From the NCBI GenBank assembly GCA_051362555.1, contig CM120641.1, positions 14,880,001-14,944,000 of the forward strand: DNA of 64,000 bases. The letters run 5' to 3'. This DNA is from Lingula anatina. Its lineage: Eukaryota; Animalia; Brachiopoda. This document shows, piece after piece, positions 12,241 to 26,580 of the stretch (the stretch's first letter is position 1; each line of letters starts with the position of its first letter). Both the position numbers and the translations under genes were made by a program. The notes under the pieces were generated by a model that made no database searches, was not told the DNA's origin, and was given only the letters and a program-made list of their open reading frames with translations.

Positions 12241-15208
12241 GATTAGTGCGATCTAATGGGGGTGGCACATTCTATGTCATTCGATTCCGTCCACGACATG
12301 CACATTATGTGAATTTACAGGCAAAAACCACATAATGTAGTTTTCATTACACCGCTACATACTTACCTCGTTTACCTGCTTAGTTCTCGTGAAAGACTTC
12401 GTATAATGAATAGAGCTGTAGTCATTCTGGCGTGACTTTATCCAAAGCACCTTGGTCTATGGATTTGCCTCAGAAATACAATACAAACGCGCGTTCCATG
12501 CTGTGGATGAAGTTCTTCTTCACGACATACGCATTTTGAAGCATATTGACGGTTAAAAAACTAAGTCAATGAATAGCGTCTGATGCTCATCCGTTTTCTT
12601 CGGTTGAGCGGTGTTCTCACTGCTAACACCTCAAGCGCGTCCGATTCCTGGGGTATTTATAGGATGACATTGACCTTATTGAGAGATTTATGCGTGTCAG
12701 AGGTTGAAGGCAAAGAGGCGCCTTGTGAGAGAGCTGCCGTCGAAAGACTTCTCTCACTCTGTGGTTAACAAGCTATCTGTAGCTCTTTGGAATGTGCTGT
12801 GCGCGTGAGCCCGATTACCAATTTGTGCGTGCAAGTGTAAAGGCCGTTATACGCGTGCGTTTATGCGAAACGGCCATGGTTATCCCATGCGGTCATCCCA
12901 TTCTATTACCCCCAACACAAAAAACCTGTGTATGTCTTAATAACACCAAGCTCCAAGAAGCCTACGAGCATTTTTTGACTAAGTACTTAATCTATAAACA
13001 GTCATAAAACTCTCGTACGACATGCAACGTGACAAGATACGGGGACGCTGCTGACAGATTTAACCTTCCACCGCCCCTGAGAGGTCCCGGGTGATAAAAC
13101 AGCACTTGCCTATCAAGCTGTATTAATAAGACTTACCGATGGTTGCAACTAAAATATACCACCCACTTTTATACTCGCGTCTCCTCAATTAAGTTCACAG
13201 ACCTGAAGTGACATGATAATTTTTAAAGAGGAACCACGAGATTTAAAGCACATTAAGCATTGAAATAGGCGTTTCGCACCGGCGATCAAAGTGACGGGTT
13301 AAGGACAGATGTTATTTTCTATTTGGCCTTTATACAAGGATGCCGTGCTAATGTTGATTTCTTTTTCAACATGAATATATTCTTCTAGTCATAAAAAAAT
13401 TGACATGCACACCATGCTTGATTTATCCTGACACGTTGGCCAGCTGGCTATGCGCAGCATTTACACAGAGATCTGGTCGTAATGCGTAGAACTGGCTTGT
13501 TCGCTGCATATCATTCCGTTAAAAAGAATTTCTCTGAGACACGCTGATCAGTTTACTTTTGTTTTTTTTTTTCGATCACGAACTGTGCATTTGGAATCAG
13601 CTAGCGTTACGTGCAGCTAGGTATCCTTTGAGAAACGAGCTACGGAGAATGCTACAATGTAGCATACTGTCAGATGAGTAGCATTCACACCGAATAAAAT
13701 GAGAGTGCTAACAAGGCAGTGCATTCAGGGAAGCCCTGAGTATAAAAATGATTACCGATAATGAGGTCTTGCAATAATGTTGACAAATCAAAATTCTAAT
13801 TAAAATCAAATTAACGAATGTCGAGTGCCCCATTTTGCGTTAATTCGATTTCTGTAAAACAAGGCAATCGGCATCTGTTTTATGTTCATTGAAATAAAAC
13901 TGTAATCAGAATAATTGAATTACACGCCTGCGGGAGAACACTGAAATTTGGTTAAGCACAGTTCACATCACACTGACATCGTTACTGGCAGAGAGAGAGA
14001 GGGGGGGGGGGGGGTACAATGTATAACTTTACCCTTGCGTATCTAACAACAACCCTGTTCATGATTAAAGTTTGGAATAGCGACGTGAATACAAAACATT
14101 ACAACACACGATATCACCTGTACGTCGACACCATGCCGTGGCGTTAAAATAATGTTAACACGCAGTCAATTTTTTGTCCCATCTAATGCCCTAATCAAAG
14201 TGTATGCAAGGAATCAAATCTTGCTTGAGAGGATGGGAGCTCTGAATGAGGGACGCACTATGGAGCAGGCCGATGCAATAGCAGATTACACTTTATTAGC
14301 TGCACTCAAAGCAATGCCAATAAATATATTAATCATTACGGTGCAAAAAAATGACCCAATCCTCATCAGTTGGAAGAAGTTTGTCTAAATGGGCGATTTG
14401 CTTACATTAATGCAGAAAGGTAGTAAGACATGCTATATTAGCTCAAAAAACAAATACTTACCCTGCCTACCAAACCGTGTACCAGAGTGATTTATGAAGC
14501 ATTTTAACACTATATGTACCCTAACCCGTAATTTAACAAATGTATAACAATAGCAAAATACAAAGAAATGGAATATTAGTGGAAACAAGAAAAATACCAG
14601 AGCTGCTTCACCTTAATTCTATCCCCGTGCACCCACTTTTTTTAACCTAAATTTTAAATAGCCAGGGTGTACATGGGACGCGAGGTTCAGGAATCAGTGT
14701 TGATGGCGTTATTTCATCTACCCCGTACTGTTCTAATGTTCAGAGTTCACACCCACAATGGCCGTCTCCTATTTCAAATATAATCCCATTTTCCCGGAAA
14801 TAAAGGCACTGTTTATCGGGATATTGCACTAGTCGAGATATATGACGGTTCTAAAATAGGTAATTCATCGACTTTATAACGGCGCTACCGTCAGTTTAAC
14901 TCCATCTCTATCACTTCGACGTTCTTCATGCTTGGTAAAATATTGCAAGCAACGTAAACAGATCCACGATGCCATTCTTCCAATCAGTATTATTCAAACG
15001 ACTAAAATGCGTGCAATACAAGTTGACATTTATCATCATAAAAGTTTGTTTTTTAAATGTTTACGGAAATTGCGACATCTGTATGATGAACGTGTATGCC
15101 ATGTCGGGCAATTTAACAATTACACGATTGCTGTAAAATAAGAATCGAAAGCATTTCACACGATGCTTTCATCGGTAGGCTCAGATATGATGTTGTAATA
15201 AAATTTCG

Positions 15209-15345
15209 TTGTGCTAGGTGTCATGTATGCAATGTGCTGTTTAAAGATTTTATTGTGCTAAGTGTTATGAATGCAATGTGCTCTGTAAAGAATTCATTGT
15301 GCTGGGTGTTATAAATGCAATTTTTTATTCTGGGTGTTATAAATG
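15209..15345. repeat. Degenerate ~43-bp tandem repeat; a further unit lies at about 17502-17548
   Basis: Unit core TTGTGCTRRGTGTTATRAATGCAATGTGCT recurs about 3-4 times and once more beyond the LINE. Confidence 0.75.
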
Positions 15346-15399
15346 GGCAGAATCCATCAGATAGACCGGTGCTGTTCTGTGAGAAAAAAAATATAATAT

Positions 15400-17212
15400 A
15401 ATAATAATAATATATTTATTTAAAGTCTAAAATCCATAAAATATGTTCTGTAGACTTTACAAACTAAAAACTTAAAACACAGTAAGATGAATTGAATTAA
15501 TAAAATTATGACTTAATAGTCTGAGTTAAGATAATGATGTCCAGTTAATATTTCCGAGTTATAAAATGTTCTTTAATAAAATTTGTGAAAAAGGTATGTT
15601 TTTAAAAGTTTTTAAAAATCCTTCACTGAGCTAATGCTTCTCAAGTCTAGAGGTAATTTATTCCACTCATGTGGTGCTGCGTACTGGAATGATTTTTCGC
15701 CAAAAGATTTTAGTCTTGCGTTCTGTGGTTTTAGTAATAATTGATCCTTAGATCTTAAGGTACGGTTTGGTGTGTAATGAGATACAAGATCACAAATAAA
15801 ATCTGGTGCAAGTCCGTAAAAAGCCGCATGAGCATGAGTTAAAAGTTTGAATAAGATCCGGGCGTTTACAGGTAGCCAGTGAAGTTGTTTTAATATCGGT
15901 GTCATGTGATTCTCCATAGAAGTTCGGGTAAGAAGACGTGCTGATATATTTTGAATGCGTTGGACTTTCTTTGTTCTTTCTATGCCGCATCCATAAAGCA
16001 AGGAGTTACAGTAATCAAGCCTTGATGTTACTAGGGCATGAATGACCGTGGCAGTGGCAGAATCTGTTAAATTATTTCGTAGGGAACTGATGTTTCTTAT
16101 GTGATACAAACAAGATTTTTTCACGTTGGCTATCTGCTTGTCCATGTTTAAAGTAGTATCAAAATACACCCCCAGATTTTTTGCATGAGGAGAAACCCCA
16201 ACTATTGCAGATCCAATTTGTAGAGATAGTCCTTCAGCTAAGTGTTTTGAGTGTGGTTGAGTGATGACCATGAATTCGGTTTTTTCATCATTTAATTTTA
16301 GTTTACTTTTGATCATCCATTCTCGCAAATCTGAAATGGCATAGGTCATTCTAGTTATTGCATCTCCAGGCTTAAGAATATCACAGTTAAGGTACAACTG
16401 GGTGTCGTCTGCATATATGTGATAGCCAACTTGATGATATCGTAGTATAGCACCCAAGGGTAGTGTGTACATGCAAAATTTAATCGGTCCAAGAACGCTG
16501 CCCTGTGGAACACCAAAAATCATCTGCCCAAGATCTGAAAGTACACCGTTGATGGATATCTGCTGTGTTCTACCAGTAAGATAAGACCGTAGGAGAGACA
16601 ACGCCTTGTCCTTAATTCCAGTTGATTTCTTGAAGAATGATAGAAGAGTGTCATGGTCAACTGTATCAAATGCTGCTGAAAGATCTAATAGCACCAGTAA
16701 GACTGCAGAATGATTGTCAACACCAGTCAGAAGGTCATTTTTTATTCTCAGAAGAGCAAGCTCAGTGTTATGTTTTGCTTTATAAGCCGATTGCATTTGT
16801 TCCACCAAGTTATTCTGTTTTAGATGGTCAAATAGCCTCGTTGCCATGACTCTTTCAACCACCTTTGACAAGAAAGAAAGATTACTCACAGGTCTCTAGT
16901 GATTAAAGACATTATTATCCAAATTATTCTTTTTCAGAAGAGGTTTGATTACTGCACTTTTGAATGAGTCTGGAAATATTCCCTCTTTAAAGCATAAGTT
17001 CACCAGTTCTGTGATAGGATTTATGACAGTTGGTAGAATCTGGGTCAGCAATGTTGTTGGGATGGGGTCTAAAGAACATGATGTCTTTTTTGAACTCGTA
17101 ATGATTTTTGAGACTTCGGTTACAGTTGTCACACTGAACGCGGAGAGAGTGGATACTGGCCTCGGTAGAAGTTCGGTTATAGGTGGATGTGATGGACTTG
17201 ATACTGGACTTG
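15400..17212 (-). mobile_element. 5'-truncated L2/CR1-group LINE (reverse transcriptase half of ORF2 plus 3' UTR)
   Basis: Motifs LDPIPT, LLDLSAAFDTVDH, GVPQGSVLGP, YADDTQLY, LNDEKTE, SRLDYCNSLL, LHWLPV and terminal KLLKTYLF. Two in-frame nonsense codons (16896-16898, 15612-15614); natural stop at 15573-15575; 3' stem-loop and (TTA)n-like tail near 15400-15460. Confidence 0.93.
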
Positions 17213-20200
17213 ATATATATAAATATAATAATTTTCCAACATTTCCTGACATTTCTTGTGTGTTGCTCGGGTTAATTTATGTGTCAACTAGCAGGCTAGG
17301 GTGTAAACTACTGCCTATTTTTTTCTGGACCAGGCACAGGTCTCGTGCAGTGTGGGACCTCAGTATATTTTTGTCCCATTGGGAGGTATGTCAGTGTGTC
17401 TGCTGTCCAAGGGAATAGGGGCTTAGGTTTCACCAAATTATTTTGTTTATGCAGCTTTGCGGGCATTTCTTAGTATGGCCGTCAATGGGAAATTATTTGG
17501 TGCATTGTCCTGTTAAAAGATTTCATTGTGCTAGGTGTTATGAATGCAGAGAGCTATATATGTGTTGGTTGTGGCACGCACGATGACTGGGGTAGATGTG
17601 ATATGAGGAATGCGCTCAGTAATAAACACCAAAGAGTGATACGCTTGGTATATGCCTCATTTTGCTGACGATCCCACTGTTCGCAACCGTTAGTTTATGA
17701 CAAAATTATTGTCTAATTTTTTTTCAAATATCATTTATTATTATCAATGCATTTAAAGCATGCAGCATAGTTACAAAGAATAAAGTAAAATGACTAAAAA
17801 TTGGTTCAAATGACATTAGTTTTAAAACCATATCAGTTCGGGAATTCGGTTAAATAGCCAATTTTACTTAAGACAATTTAAGATAAATAGTTTTTTTTTC
17901 AACTAACGTTTCTATGCTCTGTTTCAGGCAAATGACTGAAAAACATTAATTAAAGTAATTTCGTTGTGAATATCGGTAAAAGAAATTGTTGTCTTAATCA
18001 AAACACGAAGATGAGAACAAAGCGTATTCTATAACAACTGGTGCCATATGACTATGGGAAATATGGTTACCAAGTGAAATATTTGAAACAGAGAGCTCTT
18101 CATGCTGATAATACAAAACAGTGTTTGCATATTGCAGTCATTGTTTTCTCGTTTTTATTTTTCAACATAAAAGGCACATAAACAAACTGCTTTGTTTTGG
18201 TTTGTCTTTTGAAAAAAAGGCACAAAATATCACAAATATATCAAACATATGCTAAACATATTAATGTTTTGGAGGTAAATGTACCGTAATGTTAGCGCGT
18301 CGTTATCATGTCAAATAAAGACCAACTGCGATCTATGACGCGTCCTTAAGCACGTGGTATATCACAAACTCCAGTGTTTCATGTACAAATAAAAACTGGC
18401 GACCATATGTCATGTAACATAGTTTTTGCAAGTCCACTCAAAACACAATACATTTATGCATCTGCTCCTGAACAACCTAAATTTGAGCAAACATTGAGAT
18501 TACAGCATAGTTATATCATAAATTCAGGTTAATAACACCCAGATTAATAAAAACAACTTAAAACTCAGCAACAAATCAATTCGGCTGCTTCACTTTGACT
18601 TACTTGGGTGGCACCCTGTGCCGATGCGATATAAACCGGCACGTACGGGGTATAAGCTCACTTAGCAGCGGATATATTACAGACAAATTCGTGTTAGACA
18701 AGCAATAATTCCATCGCTAATCAAGCGACTAGTCAATACACTGTGCGGAAGATGTATCATCAGACGCGATAGCGTTAATGGTGCTAAATGAACACCAATG
18801 GTCCAAAAAACCTGACCTTTATTCGATCAGAACGACTTGGCAAACGTCATTTGGCCAACGCAATAGTGGCCAAAGAAGTAGCGTTTGAACAGGCAGTGGC
18901 TACATGTAGACTAAACCTCCGTCGACTTCACTAGTCAGCTTGGTCATGATTCATCACAGACAGAAGACAGTAAAATCGCGAAAACTTGCTGCTCCAAAGA
19001 TTTTTTTGAAAAACTACTCGCTATATCTACCAGAAGTATCTGCATTATCATTGCTGCATTATTTAAAAAGAGACACCTTTTCCCATCATATTAAATTCTA
19101 TCGCACCGCATCACATTTAATTCTATCGCACCACTTTGAATATTGAGAAGTGATGATGTTGAAATGCACATATAGTAATTCATTATTTTGTTTTTGTGGC
19201 TTGATTGTATGTGATTATGAAAAGGAATTCTTAATCTGACTACTGTAAATTATATGTAATTGTAATAAATTAAAGACAGATAAGAAGTATTTATAATGCC
19301 AATAAAATGACGTCATAATCACATATATAGCAGATCAAATTCAAGATATGTATGCTAACACTGTACCGACCATTTAATCAAATTACGGCTTTGATTAGCC
19401 ATAATGGTGATCATCATCCTCATATACATATCACATGTCTGGATGATTTTCCATGAAATGTACATCCAAAATGTGCCTTCAGATTAACGCGGAACCACAA
19501 ACCAACGCTTGAAGCATATAACAGATAGATCTACCACGTACATGTAGCTCTTTTCTTCCTTTATTGCATCGTATCATTACATCATTCCGTTGCCATCTGT
19601 TCCTCTACTTGAAAGCAATATCATTTTTGATGTTGGTTATGATTATGTTGTCAGAGCAAGTGGGTACCTCTCTCTCCGTCTCTGCTATTTGTTGTCTCCT
19701 AAAGTGTATGTATTCAACATGTAGGCCTACACTGTATGTATGAGTCTTTTTATTCATTGTATATTTAGATAAATGATACCAATTGGTACATGTAAAATGC
19801 CAATATCTGAAAAACCAACCATCCAACCAACCAACAATTATTCTTTTAATTTACCGTTGAAAAATAGGATAAGGACAAAGCATATGGAGCGTGGTTTAAT
19901 TCGGTTAATAATCTAACTCCTAATTTGCGGGGACTGATAGGAGAGTTTGATTAATTAAATGACTTTATAACGTGCGTTAGACAATGTGTTTTTCTTTTTA
20001 AGACGCCGTTAGGTAACAGGAGTCCAACCGCCAGTTTGTGTAATGAAACTGAATGCCTTTCTTCCTGGATCGTGTTCGACAATTTGATGGTAGCTAGCGT
20101 TCTATGACGAGGTGGTTTATCATTGATTGCTAGATAAAGTGTAAGTAGTTGCTCTGTTAAAAGCTTAAGTTCCAAGTCGTTGAGACACGTAATTTATCGA

Positions 20201-23200
20201 GAAAGAAGAGTTGATTAGTTAGGCTATCTGACTACTAGTCACAAATAGACATCTTGACACAGATTAGACTGTGTTGTCGGTCCTGCTTTTTATTACTAAT
20301 AACTAATCGAAGACACAATTCATAGTGAGAACCTTTTAATCCTCGTGATAGTTACAACCTATGGTTTATTTTTGCATGAATATGCTAAATTGTGTAGGAA
20401 CAGCTTTATCACATGTGAGATCGTAGTTAAAGGAAACATTGCCTTCTGAACCATTTTTTATTATGTCTGCATTTTATAGGCCTGCCTTTAGTTCTGAGAA
20501 ATCGTCTAAATCTGGAATATCCAAAAACAGACACATACATGTACATGTATATTAACGTGCATGACGCAGACAGGGGTACCAAAAGTGCATCTTGGATGAG
20601 ATGGTTTTAGTTACCAGTACCCAGGGAGTATACAAAATTAAGTTGACGATTAAATTCTATTGTGGACTGCGCTCTTATTTAGCAAAATGATCCGTTTTCG
20701 CTTGGATATGTTTTATCTCATCCACACATTCTTACCAATGACTAAAACCACTGTGTTGTGTGAATCAATGTGCAGTTCTCAGCGTGGTGAGTGATTTGCC
20801 GTTTCTTGGCATGAATTAAAATTAATTCACCGCTATCATTTGCCTTTGTTCTTTCATTTCTATAGAAAGTATTTCTAATGCGGACTATCGCACAAACACC
20901 TTTCTCGCTTAATTAAAATCGTCAAGTTCCTGCTTGTCTGAATTGGGCCACCGGCTATTGTTGGGGAACATCTCAAGTGGACAAGATAAGGATGGTTACT
21001 CAAAATAATCCACAGTGTTCTTTGGACAGGAAATAAGTTGGCAAGCTGACTTGCGTAAGTTACCACCTGGTCGGTAGCGATACTGGATAACAAGTTGAGC
21101 GGCTCCACTCCATGCTGACGTGACTACTGGGCCCACACTGATTAAGTGGCCCTCGAGGAGGTCAACACCCCACGATACATTTCCTAGACTGTGTAGACAT
21201 GGTATACAATAACCCGTAAAGATTTAAAGGTTGCTTAGCTGCATAAAGTAGAGCCGCCTTCAGAGGAATAGAAGGAAGGCCAAGCTGAAACCAGAATTCA
21301 TGATCACCAAAACGGATATTTGGCTGAATAAAAAATCGCCTTTGTATCTTATTCATTTATTATTTGTCTATTTGTAAGTGTTTTCCTGTGTTCAGATTTA
21401 TTGCACACATACGCACTAGTATGTATTTATCATTGCTCGCTTGGACGTCGTTTGCGCCTGGGAAAACATAATTCATCCATCCATAATAATAACTACTATC
21501 TAAAACTGCTTTTATCTTCAACAGAACAGACAGAAACGGTGCTTAATAATTCAATTACCCTAAGTGGTGTCACACAGGAGATGGCATTTTTTTGTTAATA
21601 TCCCACCGTTCGGTGGGTGGAAACCATAAAAAGTAATCGTTTGTCTCATGAAATGTTTTACAAAAAGCAGTATGCGTCCTGTGACGCAGCAAGAGCGTGA
21701 CATGTGATGGGAATATTAGAACTATTGCCGTGGCATGAAAGCGTCACACTGTCGCTACATTTGAGTAGGACTGTCCTTGAAGGATTGGATGGTTAGATAA
21801 TCTGAGGGCTGCCTTGGAAAATTTAGGGGTTGCTTTGATATTATACTGCATGTATAGTTGTTCATCCGCTCCCCCCCCCCTCTCCCACGCCACATTTGCT
21901 GATAAATAATGAAATGCAAGAATGATTTATTTGTTTCTTTGATATTTTGCGTCTCAGGTAAGCATTTGATTAGACCATAAATTTAATACTCTTGATGCCC
22001 AAATATGAGATCCAAAATCATAAGACTGTAAGTGTTCATGTTTGTCTTAAAATTGATAGTTGTGGTGCACCACTTTGTTTTCCAAATATAACGTACGCCA
22101 AAAGGTAATTCTTATTCTCTGTTGAAATGTGGGTGTTCTATAAGGTCGATCACATACATCAAACACCTACCATGTCGTGCCCACCACTCATAAAGCATAA
22201 CTCCAATATCTACGTTTTTTTTAGATAAAAGCGCCACAATGCCGTGTAAAAAAGAAAAAAAAAATGAATAGATGAAAACACGTACTACCGGGTAGTACAT
22301 ACACACACCCTTTGGATCTTGAATGCGTCTTTAATGCCACTTCGGTATATTTTATTTATTTTTTTATATTGCATTCTTTCAATCTTTTTCAATATTTGGT
22401 ACATGTAATACGATCGGATCACTTGCATTACACTTCGTGGCATGGACCAGCGCTTGTTGTTCGTTGTTTCTGTTTACTCAAAATACATTTCTTGGTAAAA
22501 GGCAACCAGTATTTGTGCGTTTAGTTCGTTAGGGATATCTTAGCGGCTTTTTTGATAATGGTTGAAATACAGCCTCAAATAATGCAAATACTACATGTAC
22601 TGGTTAAAATGCCCTCCTAATATTGTTTCCTCCTTTTGAATGCTGCTTTGTATTTGTAACTATTCTTAAACATTTTGGATAGTTGTATTGACATCTGTTT
22701 GATTTCCCCTGAAATAATACGCAGATTGGACAGTTGCAATAGTGTCAATATGTCATTTCTCATGTAAAGTAAAATGTGTTGTGCCATATTGCTTCAAAAC
22801 AATGGCTACATAAGAAAACGTACAATGTATGTAACCAAATCTTGGGAACGTACATGCATGACCAGGGTATTCCCATGAATCTCCACGCAACCCTCCTATC
22901 CTTTATTTACATCGTGTACTTCAACCCGATAGCGTAGTTTCCTGTTTAAACATTGGAAGGACGTTTACCGTAAGCCGTCGAACGATATGATGCATTCGTG
23001 TCATCGATGGGATCGATGAGGAGCGGAACTATACTGTCACGCTGTCGTGGCTCCACAGTTGCATAAGAACATATTGTTACAAAGTCTAGTAAGCAATCTT
23101 GTCCGTTAAAAATGTCAATTTAAGCCCCGATGCAAAAAGGCTGTTGAATAGTGCTGGGAGCATGTTTTCTTTGATAAATTTCCAGAGATAATTGCTTCGC

Positions 23201-26045
23201 AGACTGACAAAATAAAAAGCTACAGTATAAGGTAAAAGGTACTACGTATAGTACTTGGATTGATTTTAAACGAAGAATCACCAAACCTCTGTTATCATTG
23301 TGGTACTCATTTGACAATGTTTTCTGCTTGAATTGACATGGAAGATGATAAGACATTCGCAACAATTGAGAGAGAAGTAACAGAACAATAACTAACATGT
23401 GCGACTGAATGATAAAACAAAATAAATAAGAACGACATACAGGTACATTGTATGTATCCTTTCTTTTTTCAAAGTGAAAATTGCTATCCAATGATAACTA
23501 AGATATATCTAAGATGAATATTTAGGTTATAAGTGTTGGTAACAAATATCAGAAAATACCAGTTATGTGTATATCTTTACAAATAGATGTGTCAATTATG
23601 TACATGTACATTCCTTTCGGAACAAAAAAGCGGTCTCAATCCAAAATAACAATTTTTAAACAATAAGCCAAAATTTAAGAAAAAGCAGCAAGAAAGTATA
23701 CAGATGTATTTCATGGATGGAACTTATGGGAAAGAGTTTAGTTCAACGATTGAATTATTGTGCTTACGTCACGTCGTGTTTGGCCCCGACAGACTTTTCA
23801 ACAAACACAATTAGCTAACTAGTGCTACCAATTCTGCACTTAATTCCATACTTCATCAACGAAAATCTCCAATTCCGACTATGGCTGCCAAAACAGATTT
23901 TATAAAGATACCCTTAATCCCTGAAGTCCTCCAAATGATATCGGGATCGCTTGTTTTACAATGAAAGAAATTAACCATATTGGAACTTTTATAGAGCGAC
24001 TTTGGCATTAGTTAATAACTTTTTATATTAACCTATCAGTTTATGGAACCCATGCTACACGAAAGCCAATGGACACTTCGTGTTTCACTGCCACAGTAAC
24101 TACTGGTTACTACTGGTGGACTTGTGAGGAAATGACACCATGCACGCCGATAAAGTAAGTCCTTAAGAGAAGCATTTGGCTCAGAGTGACCCTGTCTGAC
24201 CCAACACTGGAAAATCAATGCATTCAAATCTGTTACTGTTTCGTTAATTGAGCAAAAATGGATTTAATTTTAATTTAAAAATGTTATAAAACACAAATGC
24301 ATACAGAACAGTACTTAAAAATCTATAGAAAATCAACCAACTGTTACACAGAGAAGGCATGAAAGCACATTTGTGTCAGAACTATTTAACCTTTCCTACA
24401 TATCGTCTGAGTATCATTCACGATGTCTATCAAAGAAGCAAAGATTTTAAAGAAACAATAACAACACTGACACATGTTGGCAAATCTCCGCCTTACTAAC
24501 ATTAAATAGATCATCTGCTTATCATCCACAGGTGTGAGATGTAAACATTTGACCTTAAAGTGAAGCGCGATGCTTTAAGGTCAATTTCGACTTGCGTTCA
24601 TTAATTTGAAGAAGCAAGCTGTGGAAAGACGGTTGCATTTACTTTTAACGATGAAAAATGGGCTGATGAGGGAGTGATGGATTAATGTTTCCAAGTACAT
24701 GTACACGCGTTCTCTTATTAGACAAAACCCCCCCATTTTGATGTTTGGCGTAGATTTTTTTGTTTTAGAAAGATACATGTGTCTAGTGTTACAACAACAC
24801 CAATGCAAGTATTATCAGGTACCATCGATATCTAGTTAAATAACTGTAAATATACAACAGTCCTGGTGATGAAAATAATAAGTGAAAGACCATTTGTTCC
24901 TACACTGCTGTGTGTGTTAAAAAGTTCTGGCACTTCTATCCGTAAGATTTCATATGGCAACGCAATAAGTCATAGATAAGTGAGCGGGCATCACCGAGTC
25001 TGGGGATATTAAAACGTTCGTTACGACTTTTATAGTATCTGCCAAAGGAGCCATTAGCTTAAACGATGATGTTATTATCACTTCGCCAGGCTATACTAGA
25101 GGTTATTAGCGATTTATGCACAAAACTCCAATAGATTTCACCACAAACTTTCAACGCCGTTGAGCGCCCTCTATCTTCACAATCATCCAAGTCTTCGCGT
25201 CGACCTAGAGCGTTTAACATGCTGTGCTCAGTACAAAATCCTTCACAGCGCGAGAGACATAGGTATACGATCCGATAACGGATAAAGCAAGGCAAAGTCA
25301 GCAGTGGTACCCTAGTAGCCTGCTAACACCTCGATATTAAGGGAAGAAGACATACACGACGCTGTAACCTCAGGAGGTTAATTGAGGTGCGCAAGTTCGC
25401 CTTCAATCGTGGTCTAAGAAATTGTATAGCAAAGAATGGGATTAAAAGGTGAGTGAGGAACGATCGCATGTTATTGTACTATTCTCTTTCTTGAAGCAAG
25501 TTGTTGAAGCATGACATGATTTCCGATTTGATAGGGCAAAGATAAAGTGAGAGGTCATCGTCTGTACATGTATAGATACATTTTCATTCAGAAATAGCTT
25601 CTATATGATTACACAAAATCTTAGAAATATATAACGGTAGTTATGTTGCTCTGGTGTAAAATTAGTTATTAAACACACGCATACAAATGTGTCACAATAT
25701 AAGCAAACCTGATAAACAAAAAGTAGAAGACATGATGATATGATGATATTAAAAATTGCACTACATGTGCAAAGTGTTTCTAAATAAATTATTAAATCTC
25801 GATCTCTTACCTGGAAAATAGAAAATACATTACCTGTGATAAGAAAGAATTTCAGAAGAAGCCACATTCTTTGGTCTATTTCCATAGTATCAAAACTGCG
25901 CGCTTTCTGCCACAAAATCTCATTAAGGTTACATGTTCCCATATTCAATATATTTTACTATTTTACAAAAATACATAGTTTAAACAGAACTTCAGAACTT
26001 ATTTTCTGGCCTCAATGATGCCCAGGTAAATCTTATTACACTAAT

Positions 26046-26580
26046 TACACTGAGCAAAAATATAAACGCCCTATGTGAATTATTTATGTTACATGTATTG
26101 TGCGACTCCAAATGAACTGATGTTCATCTGTAGCACATTGAACAACAAAATTCATTTTGTATGATTTAATATATTTATAAATTTATATATATATATAACC
26201 CAAATGCTGATATTTAAAAAATTAAGTACTGTGAGGGGTAATGGTCATTTTTAAAATGTTCGCATTTATCTCCCCGCTCGGTATAATCTGTGATTACTGT
26301 CCCGAAACGCTTCCAGCTTCGGGTCACTACTGGCGATATAGTCACCATGTCTACTTGGAAGACGGCCTCACGGAACTCGCCTTCGGACATACTAGTATTC
26401 ATGTACAATGTGTCGTGCCGGCACGACGGTTTGAACCACTAAACACGCACGATCCGTTTTCTCTCATGAACAGTTACGCAAAAAGTGACAGTTTTAACAA
26501 TGAGTTAATATTTTACGAGGCAGGTTTTAAATAGCCATTAAAAAATTGAAAGATGGAGGGATTTTTTTTTACCTGGCATT
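26046..26580 (-). mobile_element. Possible degraded Tc1/mariner remnant
   Basis: TA-CACTGAGCAAAAATATAAACGC resembles a Tc1 terminus. The - strand peptide MSEGEFREAVFQVDMVTISPVVTRSWKRFGTVITD loosely resembles a Tc1 N-terminal helix-turn-helix. No partner TIR found. Confidence 0.3.

Noticed and set aside
20875-21356. GC-richer block with short ORFs, possible LTR or exon
   Set aside because: No recognisable motifs, paired LTR, TSD or consistent splice frame.
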